Shown here: in pieces, positions 27,506-41,105 of the stretch
Position numbering within the stretch: position 1 is the stretch's first letter
Layout of the letters: every line of letters starts with the position of its first letter
Source of the DNA: Eledone cirrhosa
Taxonomy: Eukaryota
Reading direction: 5' to 3'
Length of the DNA: 64,000 bases
NCBI GenBank assembly: GCA_964016885.1
Contig: OZ024757.1
Location: 19,530,001-19,594,000, forward strand
Notes under the pieces: model-generated
Databases searched by the model: none
Seen by the model: only the letters and a program-made list of their open reading frames with translations
Told to the model about the DNA's origin: nothing
Program-made: the position numbers and the translations under genes

Positions 27506-28014
27506 TGTACGTATCTCTCTCTCTATAAATAAATATATAAGTATATTTACATACATGCCACACATACATACGTCTGTATATATACACATGTACATGTATA
27601 TGTATACACTTGTGTTTAAATGGTTTCACCATCTCTCACTACACCCCGTACATATATGGTATGTATGGGTGTCTCCGTGTATATATATATATATATATTG
27701 TCTATATAAATGAAAACAGACCTGTATATATGTAGGTGCGTGCGCGAGCGTGTGAATGTTTATATATTTAAATACCTTACTAGACGTTGAGATTTCACAC
27801 ACATACATACACACATACACACATACATACACATACACACACATACATACACACATATACATATACATACACATATACATACACATACATACACACACAT
27901 ACATACATACATACACACATACATACACAAATGTATGAGATAGCAAGACAAACACAAGCTGAAAATTGACACGATTTAGCGTCAAAAGCAACTGCTATAC
28001 ACACATACATATAG

Positions 28015-28045
<31 letters not shown>

Positions 28046-28055
28046 GACGTATATA

Positions 28056-28172
28056 TGGCTTGAGCTCAGCCGTCGGGGTCCTACTCGTTCCTATTACTCA
28101 CTCTACTACCCTAAGTATTGAGTACTTTGGTGCGTTATGGTCCATCTGGTTCCTTACCACATTTCCTTCGTT
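28056..28172 (+). mobile_element. Family D remnant (tail)
   Basis: Near-identical to 47267-47382. Confidence 0.7.
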
Positions 28173-28306
28173 ATATATATATGAAGCCTAACATTTTGTC
28201 ATGCCGTTACTCGGAGTTTCTTGTGTATTGGTTTGTCAAAACCTTTTCAAAATAATATATAAACTCTACTATTTTTATTGAATGCTTTTAAAGCAAAATC
28301 TCGATC

Positions 28307-28355
<49 letters not shown>

Positions 28356-29279
28356 TATATTTATATATACACACACACATGTATATTTAATGTGTGTGTG
28401 TGTGTATATATATAGTGAGAACAATTGTAGCGACTATGGCATGCTCAGGATGTTGTCAATTTCTCCCCCAAAACATGGCGACCAGCGGGCACCTAGCAAC
28501 TTCGCGAGGGTGGGTCTCTCTCTCTCTCTTTCTACTCTTCTCACACCCTCTCTCTCTCTCTTTCTACTCTTCTCACACCCTCTCTCTCTCTCTCTCTTTC
28601 TACTCTTCTCACACCCTCTCTCTCTCTCTTTTTCTACTCTTCTCACACCCTCTCTCTCTACTCTTCTCGCACCCTCTCTCTCTCTCTCTCTTTCTACTCT
28701 TCTCACACCCTCTCTCTCTACTGCCCGTTTCCTTCTTGTCATACCCTCACTCTTTCTCTCTCACCTCACCCCCTTTATTTTTACACTATATAAACGAGAT
28801 TCTCTGTACCTACCACCACCACACACACACACTACTACATTACTACACACACTACTACATTACTACACACATTACTACTATATACACACACCATTACACA
28901 CCCCTACACACATTACTACTATATACACACACCACTACACCCTCCCTACACACATTACTACTATAAACACACACCACTACACACACACACACACACACAC
29001 TCTACTACCCCCTACACACATTACTACTATATACACACACACTCTACTACAGCCCCCCCCCCCCTACACACATTACTACTATATACACACACCACTACAC
29101 ACGTACACACACCACTGTTGATTTTTGTGTCTAACATTTTGATTGTGCTCTGGGGCACCTCCCCCTTCTACACCTCCAGCACACACACACACACACGTAT
29201 ACACACACGTATACACACACGTATACACACGTATACACACACACATACGAAACCTGACACCTTGTGTATGTTTACGCAC

Positions 29280-29320
<41 letters not shown>

Positions 29321-29322
29321 CA

Positions 29323-29356
<34 letters not shown>

Positions 29357-29520
29357 TCCATTATATGTATATATATATACACACACACACACGAACTCAG
29401 AAAGCACCAGGTTTTATATATACACGTATATATACGTTTTTTTTCTATTATATACACTCTGTTTGTGCATAGAGTGCTTGATTTGGTACCAACACCAGAA
29501 ATTCAGTTTTACCCACACAC

Positions 29521-29556
<36 letters not shown>

Positions 29557-29969
29557 TATAGATGTGTGTATATGAAACCTGCTTTCTGTATGTGTATAAA
29601 TATATATTTATGTATATAATGGAATCTGGTGTTTTGTGTATGCGTATACATACACACATACATAGATGTGTACACGCATACACTCTCCCACACGCCTTTT
29701 TATTTCTGGTGGAAGGAGAGAAGGATAGTTTAGACACAGATTAGCAGCAGAAGCAGGCATTCCTTTAAGGGTACAGTGTGTATATATGTATATATATATA
29801 CATACATACATACATACATGTATATATTATCTATAGCTTTATGGGTTGGGTATATTTATAGAGAATATATACATATTGTGTGTAGAATTGTTTATGTTTT
29901 CTTGTAGTTCATTAGCAGTGTTATTTATGTATATATTATAGTTAACCAGATCTGATACATACATACATG

Positions 29970-30172
<203 letters not shown>

Positions 30173-30202
30173 CTCTCTCTATATATAGATAGATATATAA
30201 CT

Positions 30203-30391
30203 AAATTTGATATAGAAATGTCTTTTACAAGACTAGAACTGTTTCATTGGAAGGAAATCATCATGTTGGTTTTCTTCGAATGAAACAGTTCTAGTCCTGT
30301 AGAAGACATTTCTATATTAAATGTTGTATATACTCTACTATGTATTGAGTACCTTACTTACTGTGGTTACCCCCCATTGAACCCGGGACTC
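30203..30391. mobile_element. Family E remnant (inverted)
   Basis: Minus short arm plus + long arm GAATGAAACAGTTCTAGTCCTGTAGAAG..GAACCCGGGA. Confidence 0.7.
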
Positions 30392-30447
30392 ATATATATA
30401 TATATATATATATATGAGTCCCGTGTGCAAAATACACTATATATACA

Positions 30448-30488
<41 letters not shown>

Positions 30489-30537
30489 ATATGTATGTAT
30501 ATATGTATATGTATATATATATACATATATACATACA

Positions 30538-30705
30538 TCCCCGGTTGAGTCGGGGGTAACCACAGTAAGTGAGGTACTCAATACATAGTAGAGTGTATAC
30601 AACATTTAATATAGAAATGTAGAGTATATACAATATTTAGCCTGATGATTTCCTGCGAATGAAACAGTTCTAGTCCTGTAGAAGCCCTTTCTATATCAAA
30701 CATTA
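30538..30705. mobile_element. Family E remnant (inverted tail plus HHR at 30642-30686)
   Basis: CTGATGA-tTTC-CTGC-GAAt-GAAA-CAG-TTCTAGTC-CTG-TA-GAAGCC. The 5' strand of stem I is truncated. Confidence 0.7.
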
Positions 30706-30984
30706 TATCTATCTCTATACACAGTCAACATTTTTAGCCAACAATGTCGTGTGATCTCATTGTTGTTGTCATCTCTATGTATTTGTATTAAGACCAGTCC
30801 AGCTTTTCATCTTGCAGACTTTACGATCGGAAGCACCCCCCCCCCCCCCCCCTCCCCCCCAACCATGGCCACCCCCGTTGATTTTTAGCGACATGTAGGA
30901 CTCCATTGCATAGATTAATTATTAAAATAATGTACCAGTAATACACTGGGTTATTTATTTATCAGTAGTTGAGCATTATTAGTA

Positions 30985-31540
30985 CTTTGCCTTTCATCCT
31001 TACGGGGGTCGATAAAATAAAGTACCAGTAATACACTGGGGGGTGTATTTGCTGGCCTTGTGCCAAAAGTAGAAACAATTATTATTATTATTATTACTGG
31101 ATTGGCAGAATCGGTAGGTTGTCAGACGCCATGCGTCATGCGTTGCAGCATAGAGTTATGGCCCTTTACGTTCCGAGTTCAAATTCCGCCGAGGTTAACT
31201 TTGCCTTTCATCCTTACGGGGTCGATAAAATAAAGTACCAGTAATGCACTGGGGGTAATTGCTGGCCTTGTGCCAATAGTAGAAACAGTTATTATTTTTA
31301 TTACTGTTGTCTTTCATCCTTACGGGATCTATAAAACATAGTACCAGTAATGCATTGGGGACGATTAGATCGACTTTACCATCCCCTAAGTTTGTTGGCC
31401 TTGAGCCTAAATCAGAAACCTTCAATTTCCGCCGAGGTTAACTTTGCCTTTCATCCTTACGGGGTTTGATAAAATAAAGTACCAGTAATACACTGGGATA
31501 CTTGCTGGCCTTGTGCCAAAAGTAGAAACAATTATTATTA
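30985..31540 (+). mobile_element. Cluster of four tRNA-SINE copies/3' fragments
   Basis: CTTTCATCCTTACGGG..ATAAAA..GTACCAGTAAT repeated at about 30991, 31205, 31311 and 31448. Confidence 0.8.
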
Positions 31541-31902
31541 TCGTGTGTGGCCTGTGTCTTTTTTACTTGTTTAAAACAAAACAAAACAAACTGTTAAGGA
31601 TGTGAGGGCAATAGTGGCGGTGGTTTGATTTGGCTGCTATTTCTAATAGGTCGAGTGACCCAGTAGACGCTCCCTTGGCAGATGTGTGGTACGTGTATTT
31701 ATAACTGGGATAGATATATGGAGTGGTGTCTGTATATTTACGTGTCAGCAAAGTCGACCTACAATAAGGAATGAGTTAGCAAAGCACTCAATAAGGGCCC
31801 TTAGAGTAATAACATACGTTTAAATAGCTTGACAAATTGAACATTGAGGTAGGCAAAACCCAAACATACAATACCAAAGTAACGAAAGGACTAACAGAGT
31901 AA

Positions 31903-32237
31903 ATCCCGGGTTCAAACATGTGTAACCTCAATTAAAAAGGTACTCAATACATTAGTAGAGTGTAAACATCATTATTTGATATATATATAGCGGTGGATTG
32001 GCAGTATTGGGAGAGGGTCGGACGCCATGCTTTGACGTATAGAGTTACGGCCCTTGCCATTCTGAGTTCAAATCCCGCCGAGGTTGACTTTGCCTTTCAT
32101 CCTTTCGGGGTCGATAAAATAAAGTACCAGTAATGCACTGGGTGTTTTGCTGGCCTTGTGCCCAACGTAGAAACAATTATTTGATATAGAAATGTCTTCT
32201 ACAGGACTAGAACTGTTTCATTTGTATAAAATCATCA
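31903..32237. mobile_element. Family E remnant (minus) interrupted by a full tRNA-SINE (31990-32180, +)
   Basis: Family E tail 31903-31980 and HHR part 32179-32237 flank the SINE. ATTATTTGATATA occurs on both sides, resembling a target-site duplication. Confidence 0.65.
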
Positions 32238-32522
32238 TTGTGTGTATGTGTTTATTTGTTTGGTCCAGATCAGCAAAGCCTGAGCTCAAATACATTCCAT
32301 TCCATCCGTGACCATCTCGTCTTTAACGGCATGGTGTCATTTGAGGGAGATATGCTTGCTGTTATATCTAGCAGGCCTGTCGACCACGTAAATAGCTCGT
32401 TTATTATTGTTGTGTTTATTTAACCCATGGCCAGAGAAGGAGACCAATTATGTCTCCTGTATCCACCCGTGACCATCCTGTCAATGCTGTGACAGTTGTT
32501 GCCAGAGGTAGGACTTATGAGA

Positions 32523-32672
32523 CAGGGGTCCAGCAGGTAATTTGTTTCGGGGCCCAAGACCTAAGTAGACCCTACAGTAACCATGCAACATCCATTTTGA
32601 GAAATATCTTTGCCTGCCTCGGGCCCCAAAGGGGTCTTGTACCTCCTTGCAACATTTCCCTTGGAGGCCCTG
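32523..32672. mobile_element. Degenerate hAT-type MITE
   Basis: Imperfect TIRs CAGGGGTCCAGCAGGTAAT / ATTTCCCTTGGAGGCCCTG. Confidence 0.4.
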
Positions 32673-32700
32673 GCCAGAGTAGCAGACCTATGATGTGTCC

Positions 32701-35700
32701 CGTGACCATCCTGTCATTACTGTGACACTGTTGTTGACCAGAGAGGCAGAACTATGGTTAATGTTGTGTCCAGTCGTGACCATCCTGTCATTACTGTGAC
32801 ACTGTTGTTGACCAGAGAGACAGCTATGGTTAATGGTGTGTCCAGTCGTGACCATCCTGTCATTACCGTGAGACTGTTGTTGACCAGAGAGACAGAGCTA
32901 TGGTTAATGCTGTGTCCAGTCGTGACCATCCTGTCATTGCTGTGACACTGTTGTTGACCAGAGAGGCAGAGCTATGGTTAATGCCGTGTCCAGTCGTGAC
33001 CATCCTGTCATTACTGTGACACTGTTGTTGACCAGAGAGACAGAACTATGGTTAATGCTGTGTCCAGTCGTGACCATCCTGTCATTGCTGTGACACTGTT
33101 GTTGACCAGAGAGGCAGAGCTATGGTTAATGCCGTGTCCAGTCGTGACCATCCTGTCATTACTGTGACACTGTTGTTGACCAGAGAGACAGAACTATGGT
33201 TAATGGTGTGTCCAGTCGTGACCATCCTGTCATTGCTGTGACACTGTTGTTGACCAGAGAGGCAGAACTATGGTTAATGTTGTGTCCAGTCGTGACCATC
33301 CTGTCATTACTGTGACACTGTTGTTGACCAGAGAGACAGAACTATGGTTAATGGTGTGTCCAGTCGTGACCATCCTGTCATTGCTGTGACACTGTTGTTG
33401 ACCAGAGAGGCAGAGCTATGGTTAATGCTGTGTCCAGTCGTGACCATCCTGTCATTACTGTGACACTGTTGTTGACCAGAGAGACAGAGCTATGGTTAAT
33501 GCTGTGTCCAGTCGTGACCATCCTGTCATTACTGTGACACTGTTGTTGACCAGAGAGACAGAACTATGGTTAATGGTGTGTCCAGTCGTGACCATCCTGT
33601 CATTACTGTGACACTGTTGTTGACCAGAGAGACAGAACTATGGTTAATGGTGTGTCCAGTCGTGACCATCCTGTCATTACTGTGACACTGTTGTTGACCA
33701 GAGAGACAGAGCTATGGTCAATGCTGTGTCCAGTCGTGACCATCCTGTCATTACTGTGACACTGTTGTTGACCAGAGAGACAGAACTATGGTTAATGTTG
33801 TGTCCAGTCGTGACCATCCTGTCATTACTGTGACACTGTTGTTGACCAGAGAGACAGAGCTATGGTCAATGCTGTGTCCAGTCGTGACCCTCCTGTCATT
33901 ACTGTGACAGTGTTGTTGACCAGAGAGACAGAACTATGGTTAATGGTGTGTCCAGTCGTGACCATCCTGTCATTACTGTGACACTGTTGTTGACCAGAGA
34001 GACAGAGCTATGGTCAATGCTGTGTCCAGTCGTGACCATCCTGTCATTACTGTGACACTGTTGTTGACCAGAGAGACAGAGCTATGGTCAATGCTGTGTC
34101 CAGTCGTGACCCTCCTGTCATTACTGTGACAGTGTTGTTGACCAGAGAGACAGAGCTATGGTTAATGTTGTGTCCAGTCGTGACCATCCTGTCATTACTG
34201 TGACACTGTTGTTGACCAGAGAGGCAGAGCTATGGTTAATGTTGTGTCCAGTCGTGACCATCCTGTCATTACTGTGACACTGTTGTTGACCAGAGAGACA
34301 GAGCTATGGTTAATGTTGTGTCCAGTCGTGACCATCCTGTCATTACTGTGACACTGTTGTTGACCAGAGAGACAGAGCTATGGTTAATGCTGTGTCCAGT
34401 CGTGACCATCCTGTCATTACTGTGACACTGTTGTTGACCAGAGAGACAGAGCTATGGTTAATGGTGTGTCCAGTCGTGACCATCCTGTCATTACTGTGAC
34501 AGTGTTGTTGACCAGAGAGACAGAACTATGGTTAATGTTGTGTCCAGTCGTGACCATCCTGTCATTGCTGTGACACTGTTGTTGACCAGAGAGACAGAGC
34601 TATGGTTAATGTTGTGTCCAGTCGTGACCATCCTGTCATTACTGTGACACTGTTGTTGACCAGAGAGACAGAACTATGGTCAATGCTGTGTCCAGTCGTG
34701 ACCATCCTGTCATTACTGTGACACTGTTGTTGACCAGAGAGACAGAGCTATGGTTAATGCTGTGTCCAGTCGTGACCATCCTGTCATTACTGTGACACTG
34801 TTGTTGACCAGAGAGACAGAGCTATGGTCAATGCTGTGTCCAGTCGTGACCATCCTGTCATTACTGTGACACTGTTGTTGACCAGAGAGACAGAGCTATG
34901 GTCAATGCTGTGTCCAGTCGTGACCATCCTGTCATTACTGTGACACTGTTGTTGACCAGAGAGACAGAGCTATGGTCAATGCTGTGTCCAGTCGTGACCA
35001 TCCTGTCATTACTGTGACACTGTTGTTGACCAGAGAGACAGAGCTATGGTCAATGCTGTGTCCAGTCGTGACCATCCTGTCATTACTGTGACACTGTTGT
35101 TGACCAGAGAGGCAGAGCTATGGTTAATGCTGTGTCCAGTCGTGACCATCCTGTCATTACTGTGACACTGTTGTTGACCAGAGAGACAGAGCTATGGTCA
35201 ATGCTGTGTCCAGTCGTGACCATCCTGTCATTACTGTGACACTGTTGTTGACCAGAGAGACAGAGCTATGGTTAATGGTGTGTCCAGTCGTGACCATCCT
35301 GTCATTACTGTGACACTGTTGTTGACCAGAGAGGCAGAGCTATGGTTAATGGTGTGTCCAGTCGTGACCATCCTGTCATTACTGTGACACTGTTGTTGAC
35401 CAGAGAGACAGAGCCATGGTTAATGCTGTGTCCAGTCGCGACCATCCTGTCATTACTGTGACAGTGTTGTTGACCAGAGAGACAGAGCTATGGTCAATGT
35501 TGTGTCCAGTCGTGACCATCCTGTCATTACTGTGACACTGTTGTTGACCAGAGAGACAGAGCTATGGTTAATGTTGTGTCCAGTCGTGACCATCCTGTCA
35601 TTACTGTGACACTGTTGTTGACCAGAGAGACAGAGCTATGGTTAATGCTGTGTCCAGTCGTGACCATCCTGTCATTACTGTGACACTGTTGTTGACCAGA

Positions 35701-37667
35701 GAGGCAGAGCTATGGTTAATGCTGTGTCCAGTCGTGACCATCCTGTCATTACTGTGACACTGTTGTTGACCAGAGAGACAGAACTATGGTTAATGGTGTG
35801 TCCAGTCGTGACCATCCTGTCATTACTGTGACACTGTTGTTGACCAGAGAGACAGAGCTATGGTTAATGTTGTGTCCAGTCGCGACCATCCTGTCATTAC
35901 TGTGACACTGTTGTTGACCAGAGAGGCAGAGCTATGGTTAATGCTGTGTCCAGTCGTGACCCTCCTGTCATTACTGTGACACTGTTGTTGACCAGAGAGA
36001 CAGAGCTATGGTTAATGTTGTGTCCAGTCGCGACCATCCTGTCATTACTGTGACACTGTTGTTGACCAGAGAGACAGAGCTATGGTTAATGCTGTGTCCA
36101 GTCGTGACCATCCTGTCATTACTGTGACACTGTTGTTGACCAGAGAGACAGAACTATGGTTAATGGTGTGTCCAGTCGTGACCATCCTGTCATTACTGTG
36201 ACACTGTTGTTGACCAGAGAGACAGAGCTATGGTTAATGTTGTGTCCAGTCGCGACCATCCTGTCATTACTGTGACACTGTTGTTGACCAGAGAGGCAGA
36301 GCTATGGTTAATGCTGTGTCCAGTCGTGACCCTCCTGTCATTACTGTGACACTGTTGTTGACCAGAGAGACAGAGCTATGGTTAATGTTGTGTCCAGTCG
36401 CGACCATCCTGTCATTACTGTGACACTGTTGTTGACCAGAGAGACAGAACTATGGTTAATGGTGTGTCCAGTCGTGACCATCCTGTCATTACTGTGACAC
36501 TGTTGTTGACCAGAGAGACAGAGCTATGGTCAATGCTGTGTCCAGTCGTGACCATCCTGTCATTACTGTGACACTGTTGTTGACCAGAGAGGCAGAGCTA
36601 TGGTTAATGCTGTGTCCAGTCGTGACCATCCTGTCATTACTGTGACACTGTTGTTGACCAGAGAGACAGAGCTATGGTTAATGCTGTGTCCAGTCGTGAC
36701 CATCCTGTCATTACTGTGACACTGTTGTTGACCAGAGAGACAGAGCTATGGTTAATGCTGTGTCCAGTCGTGACCATCCTGTCATTACTGTGACACTGTT
36801 GTTGACCAGAGAGGCAGAGCTATGGTTAATGTTGTGTCCAGTCGCGACCATCCTGTCATTACTGTGACACTGTTGTTGACCAGAGAGACAGAACTATGGT
36901 TAATGGTGTGTCCAGTCGTGACCATCCTGTCATTACTGTGACACTGTTGTTGACCAGAGAGGCAGAGCTATGGTTAATGCTGTGTCCAGTCGTGACCATC
37001 CTGTCATTACTGTGACACTGTTGTTGACCAGAGAGACAGAGCTATGGTTAATGCTGTGTCCAGTCGTGACCATCCTGTCATTACTGTGACACTGTTGTTG
37101 ACCAGAGAGGCAGAGCTATGGTTAATGCTGTGTCCAGTCGTGACCATCCTGTCATTACTGTGACACTGTTGTTGACCAGAGAGACAGAGCTATGGTTAAT
37201 GTTGTGTCCAGTCGTGACCATCCTGTCATTACTGTGACACTGTTGTTGACCAGAGAGACAGAGCTATGGTTAATGCTGTGTCCAGTCGTGACCATCCTGT
37301 CATTACTGTGACACTGTTGTTGACCAGAGAGACAGAGCTATGGTTAATGGTGTGTCCAGTCGTGACCATCCTGTCATTACTGTGACACTGTTGTTGACCA
37401 GAGAGACAGAGCTATGGTTAATGGTGTGTCCAGTCGTGACCATCCTGTCATTACTGTGACACTGTTGTTGACCAGAGAGACAGAGCTATGGTTAATGGTG
37501 TGTCCAGTCGTGACCATCCTGTCATTACTGTGACACTGTTGTTGACCAGAGAGACAGAGCTATGGTTAATGGTGTGTCCAGTCGTGACCATCCTGTCATT
37601 ACTGTGACACTGTTGTTGACCAGAGAGGCAGAGCTATGGTTAATGCTGTGTCCAGTCGTGACCATCC
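32701..37667. repeat. 74-bp minisatellite, about 67 copies
   Basis: Unit CGTGACCATCCTGTCATTACTGTGACACTGTTGTTGACCAGAGAGACAGAGCTATGGTTAATGCTGTGTCCAGT. Period 74 with one 72-bp unit. Variation is confined to a few positions. Confidence 0.97.
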
Positions 37668-37775
37668 ATCTTGTCTTTCGCCCTTCCCTTCGCGCACAAT
37701 ATCGGTGCAGCGAGAAGAGGCATGAGTTGCGCACACCATGCTTGGGTAAACTCGCTCTAGTTACTTGCCTGCCAC

Positions 37776-38094
37776 CAGGGCATGATTTAATGGGGGTCAC
37801 AATGGGGGCAACTGCCCCGGGCCCCCTGGTGTGTGTATGGTGGTGGTGGTGGTTGTGGTGGGGGACAGCGACGGCCGTAGCAATTTATTGTGCCCTCAGC
37901 TGCGCTTTTTAGTTTCAGGGTGGTTAGAATTTTTGAATTTAATACTTGTATATATAACTTTTCATTTCCAATTACTTGCGCCAATCTAACTTAGAAATGT
38001 AAAATCTGAGGGGGTTTTCTAATTCTTTTGGTGTATGAGGTGACCCCCAAACCTGAAGTGTCCCGGGTCCTCCAAGGTTTAAATCCCAATCCTG
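37776..38094. mobile_element. hAT-type MITE
   Basis: Imperfect TIRs CAGGGCATGATTTAA / TTAAATCCCAATCCTG. Flanks CCTGCCAC / CTTTCCAC resemble an 8-bp TSD. Confidence 0.55.
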
Positions 38095-38201
38095 CTTTCC
38101 ACCATAAATGAATATAAAAAGAGAGAGAAAACCTTGCCCAAGCCGTCACCTCGGGAGAGGAACAATCCAGTTGTAAGATCCATAAGTATCACGTGACTTA
38201 C

Positions 38202-38238
38202 GGAAGCCTTCTTGCAGGATCACGTTATCCAATATGTC
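38202..38238 (-). CDS. Candidate 37-nt internal exon of an unidentified host gene
   Basis: Minus strand (CTA)n-CTACAG|GACATATTGGATAACGTGATCCTGCAAGAAGGCTTCC|GTAAGT. Only one open frame, DILDNVILQEGF. Confidence 0.4.
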
Positions 38239-38439
38239 CTGTAGTAGTAGTAGTAGTAGTAGGAGCAGGGAGATTTGGCTGCTCTTTCTAGCAGGTCGAG
38301 CAACCACGTAGAGAACTCACTCGTTAGTTTAATGTGTATATGTACGTATGTATGTGTATGTATGTATTTATGTATGTATACATCTATTTATGTATGTATG
38401 TATGTATGTATGTGTGTATATCTACGTATGTATGTATGA

Positions 38440-38605
38440 AAAGATTCAGGACCTCGACGGCATGGACAGACTGGACTTGATGCCTTAAGGACAGACACTG
38501 GTCTGTTGGAGACGCAGGACATGGCAGCGATAATGAGGGACAGAGCGCGCTGGAGAGAACTCGTCCATGGATCTCGGGAATTTTACCCGTCCTAGATAGA
38601 TAGAT
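38440..38605 (+). mobile_element. 3' end of an RTE-like LINE (second family)
   Basis: Homologous to 41361-41540, with (TAGA)n tail. Confidence 0.7.
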
Positions 38606-38679
38606 ATATCTACGTATGTATGCATGTATATGTATGTGTATGTACGTACGTACGTATGTATGTATGTATGTATGAGTAT

Positions 38680-38941
38680 CAGGGCCGGATTTAGATTTGA
38701 TGAGGCCCTAACATATTTGAGATAATGGGGCCCTTTATATGTTATAAAAAATGTTATAAAAACAGTAAAACGTTCAATATTAAAGCAGAAAACTGTTTAA
38801 AACTATTGCATTATTTTAGTTCTTTTTTATCTTATATTTTGTAAATGTACACACCGTTTCTTTTTTCAAATTTTTCGGGGCCCCAAGAAAGTGGGGGCCC
38901 TAAGCTACAGCTTGTTTAGCTTATACGTAAATCCGGCCCTG
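38680..38941. mobile_element. hAT-type MITE
   Basis: Perfect 14-bp TIRs CAGGGCCGGATTTA / TAAATCCGGCCCTG. Degenerate TSD ATGAGTAT / GTGAGGTAT. Confidence 0.75.
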
Positions 38942-39434
38942 GTGAGGTATGCATGAGCCTTACATCATTTGTTTACAAATGGGTTGTATAAAGAAGTGTG
39001 TGTTTACATGTAAGTAGAATGAATACACGTGTCTGTGTCTGCGTGTGTGTGTATGTTTACAAGTGGATTTATATTAAGTGTGTGAGTGAATGAATACATG
39101 TATGTGTATCAACGAGGTGGTGGTGGTGGTGGGGGGTGGGGTGTCGTATATAGATGCATGCATGAGTGATTCTGTGTGTGTGTGTGTGTGTTAAACAAAA
39201 AATGAGTAACTTTCTTGTACCTGTAAGGCCAATGACTAGTATTTTGTGACACACCTGGTCAAGCTGAATCACATTGTGAACTAACTACGGCCAAGATGTC
39301 TGTGGGAATTGTTCAGCCACACTTGCCCCTTAAATTTCTCCCTAACTGGAGTACTCGTCGTCTTGAGCGACGGAAGTCCAACAAGACATAACACCAGACA
39401 CACACCATCATTCTCTCAGTCGTTACAATCACTG

Positions 39435-39469
<35 letters not shown>

Positions 39470-39476
39470 ATGTATA

Positions 39477-39613
39477 GCCTGATGATTTCTGTCGAATGAA
39501 ACAGTTCTAGTCTTGTAGAAGCTATTCTATATGAAATTTTAATGCTTACACTCTACTAATGTATTGAGTACCTTAATTACTGCGTGTGGTTACTCCGATT
39601 GAACCCGGGACTT
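39477..39613 (+). mobile_element. Family E remnant with HHR core
   Basis: CTGATGA(39479)-tTTC-TGTC-GAAt-GAAA-CAG..TTG-TA-GAAGC plus tail. Confidence 0.7.
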
Positions 39614-39669
<56 letters not shown>

Positions 39670-39674
<5 letters not shown>

Positions 39675-40038
39675 TATAAATATTAATAAAATAGATGTTC
39701 TTTTGATCAATTACATTTTAGTACGTCCTCATCAGGCAAAATATAATGATACATGACATACCCTGAGATGTTAAATGGTTAAGATTTACTACCTTGATCA
39801 AATCTTAACCATTTAACATCTCAGGGTATGTCATGTATCATTACATTTTGTCTGATGAGGACGTACTGTTGTACATCCGAAATATGTATAATAAAATGTA
39901 ATTGATCAAAAGAACATCTATTTTATTAATACTTATATTTTAATATTAATAACTTCCGAATATTATTTTGTCTGTTGAGTGCTTCCAATCTACTGTAAAA
40001 CTCATTCTTTGACATAATCATTGAATATTGTTTAACAA

Positions 40039-40040
<2 letters not shown>
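39670..40040. mobile_element. Family A pLTR remnant (inverted pair plus tail)
   Basis: 39670-39787 is inverted against 39800-39943. The left arm lacks the HHR 3' half. Confidence 0.75.
39840..39902 (+). ncRNA. Type I hammerhead ribozyme (family A), best-preserved copy
   Basis: ATTACATTTTGT-CTGATGA(39852)-GGAcGTAC-TGTT-GTACaTCC-GAAA(39879)-TATGTA-TA-ATAAAATGTAAT. 12-bp stem I. Confidence 0.88.
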
Positions 40041-40075
<35 letters not shown>

Positions 40076-40079
40076 TATA

Positions 40080-40153
40080 CAGGGTGTCTCCCCCCCAAAA
40101 TGTATACACACTTCAACACCATCAAAATGTGCATATATATTTGGGGAAACCCT

Positions 40154-40155
<2 letters not shown>
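40080..40155. mobile_element. Tiny Tc1/mariner-type MITE
   Basis: TA-CAGGGTGTCTCCCCCCAAAATGTATAC..ATATTTGGGGAAACCCTG-TA. Confidence 0.6.
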
Positions 40156-40194
<39 letters not shown>

Positions 40195-40196
40195 AA

Positions 40197-40420
40197 AACA
40201 AAGGAAGTGTGGTAAGAAACCAGGTGGACCATAAACGCACCAGAGTACTCGATACTTAGGGTAGTAGAGTGGGTAATAGGAAAAGATTCAGGACCCCGAC
40301 GGCTGAGCTCCAGCCGTTTCAACAGCTAGATCCGAACTAACCCAGCAGTACAGAGGCTTAGTTCGGATCTAGTTGTCGAAACGGCCGGAGCTCAGCCGTC
40401 GGGGGGTCCTGACCCTTTTC
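40197..40420. mobile_element. Family D remnant (inverted about a long hairpin)
   Basis: Arms meet at the spacer 40341-40357. Both carry GAAA-CGGC..GCCG-TC-GGGG. Confidence 0.7.
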
Positions 40421-40539
40421 ATATATATATATATATGAAGTAATTCCGTCGGAAAGGTCCAGGAAAAGAGGCTGAAGGAAGAAATATATATATATATACG
40501 ATATTAAATAAATGGAAACTATATTTATAAAACCATATT

Positions 40540-40604
40540 TATTTCATTATACATATTTCAGGGATACCAAATTAAAATATGGTATGCCTTCATCAGACAA
40601 AATA
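40540..40604 (-). ncRNA. Type I hammerhead ribozyme (family B) within remnant 40499-40690
   Basis: Reverse-complement match to 10370-10434. Only the stem II loop differs. Confidence 0.8.
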
Positions 40605-40684
40605 CAATATATAAACAGTTTTATAAATAATTTTGACGTACCCTATTAGATGCAACCATTATTTTTGGAAGCTGTCTGGAGTAT

Positions 40685-40739
<55 letters not shown>

Positions 40740-40748
<9 letters not shown>

Positions 40749-41070
40749 AGATCAAAAGATGGTTAAAGGAGTTCCATGTATTTTATTATGCGCATTTCAA
40801 AAACAAACATCATCATGCAATAATATTTGTGTTTTCATCAGATAAAACAGGAGAACATGATATGAAGGCTAAAAAACACTTGTGGATAGTGCAGTTTTAA
40901 ATCAATTGCATGATGATGTTTGTTTTTGAAATGCGCATAATAAAATACATGGAACTCCTTTAACCATCTTTTGATCTTATATATTATGTATACTCCAGTC
41001 CTACAAACTGTAGAGTGCTTCTTATCCGATATCTGCATTGCTTTATTGTACTACAATAAAACTCACCTCC

Positions 41071-41072
<2 letters not shown>
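40740..41072. mobile_element. Family C pLTR remnant (inverted pair plus tail)
   Basis: Minus arm 40740-40905, + arm 40906-41072. Confidence 0.75.
40779..40849 (-). ncRNA. Type I hammerhead ribozyme (family C)
   Basis: TGTTTTAT-CTGATGA..GAAA-TGCGCA-TA-ATAAAATA on the minus strand. Confidence 0.78.

Positions 41073-41099
<27 letters not shown>

Positions 41100-41105
<6 letters not shown>

Noticed and set aside
32701-37667. CRISPR array or repetitive coding exon
   Set aside because: No unique spacers, the context is eukaryotic, the 74-bp period is not a multiple of 3 and stops recur. No HHR core on either strand.
39222-39427. Solo LTR (TGTAA..TTACA termini)
   Set aside because: No TSD, PBS or PPT. 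More likely a diverged SINE-type repeat.
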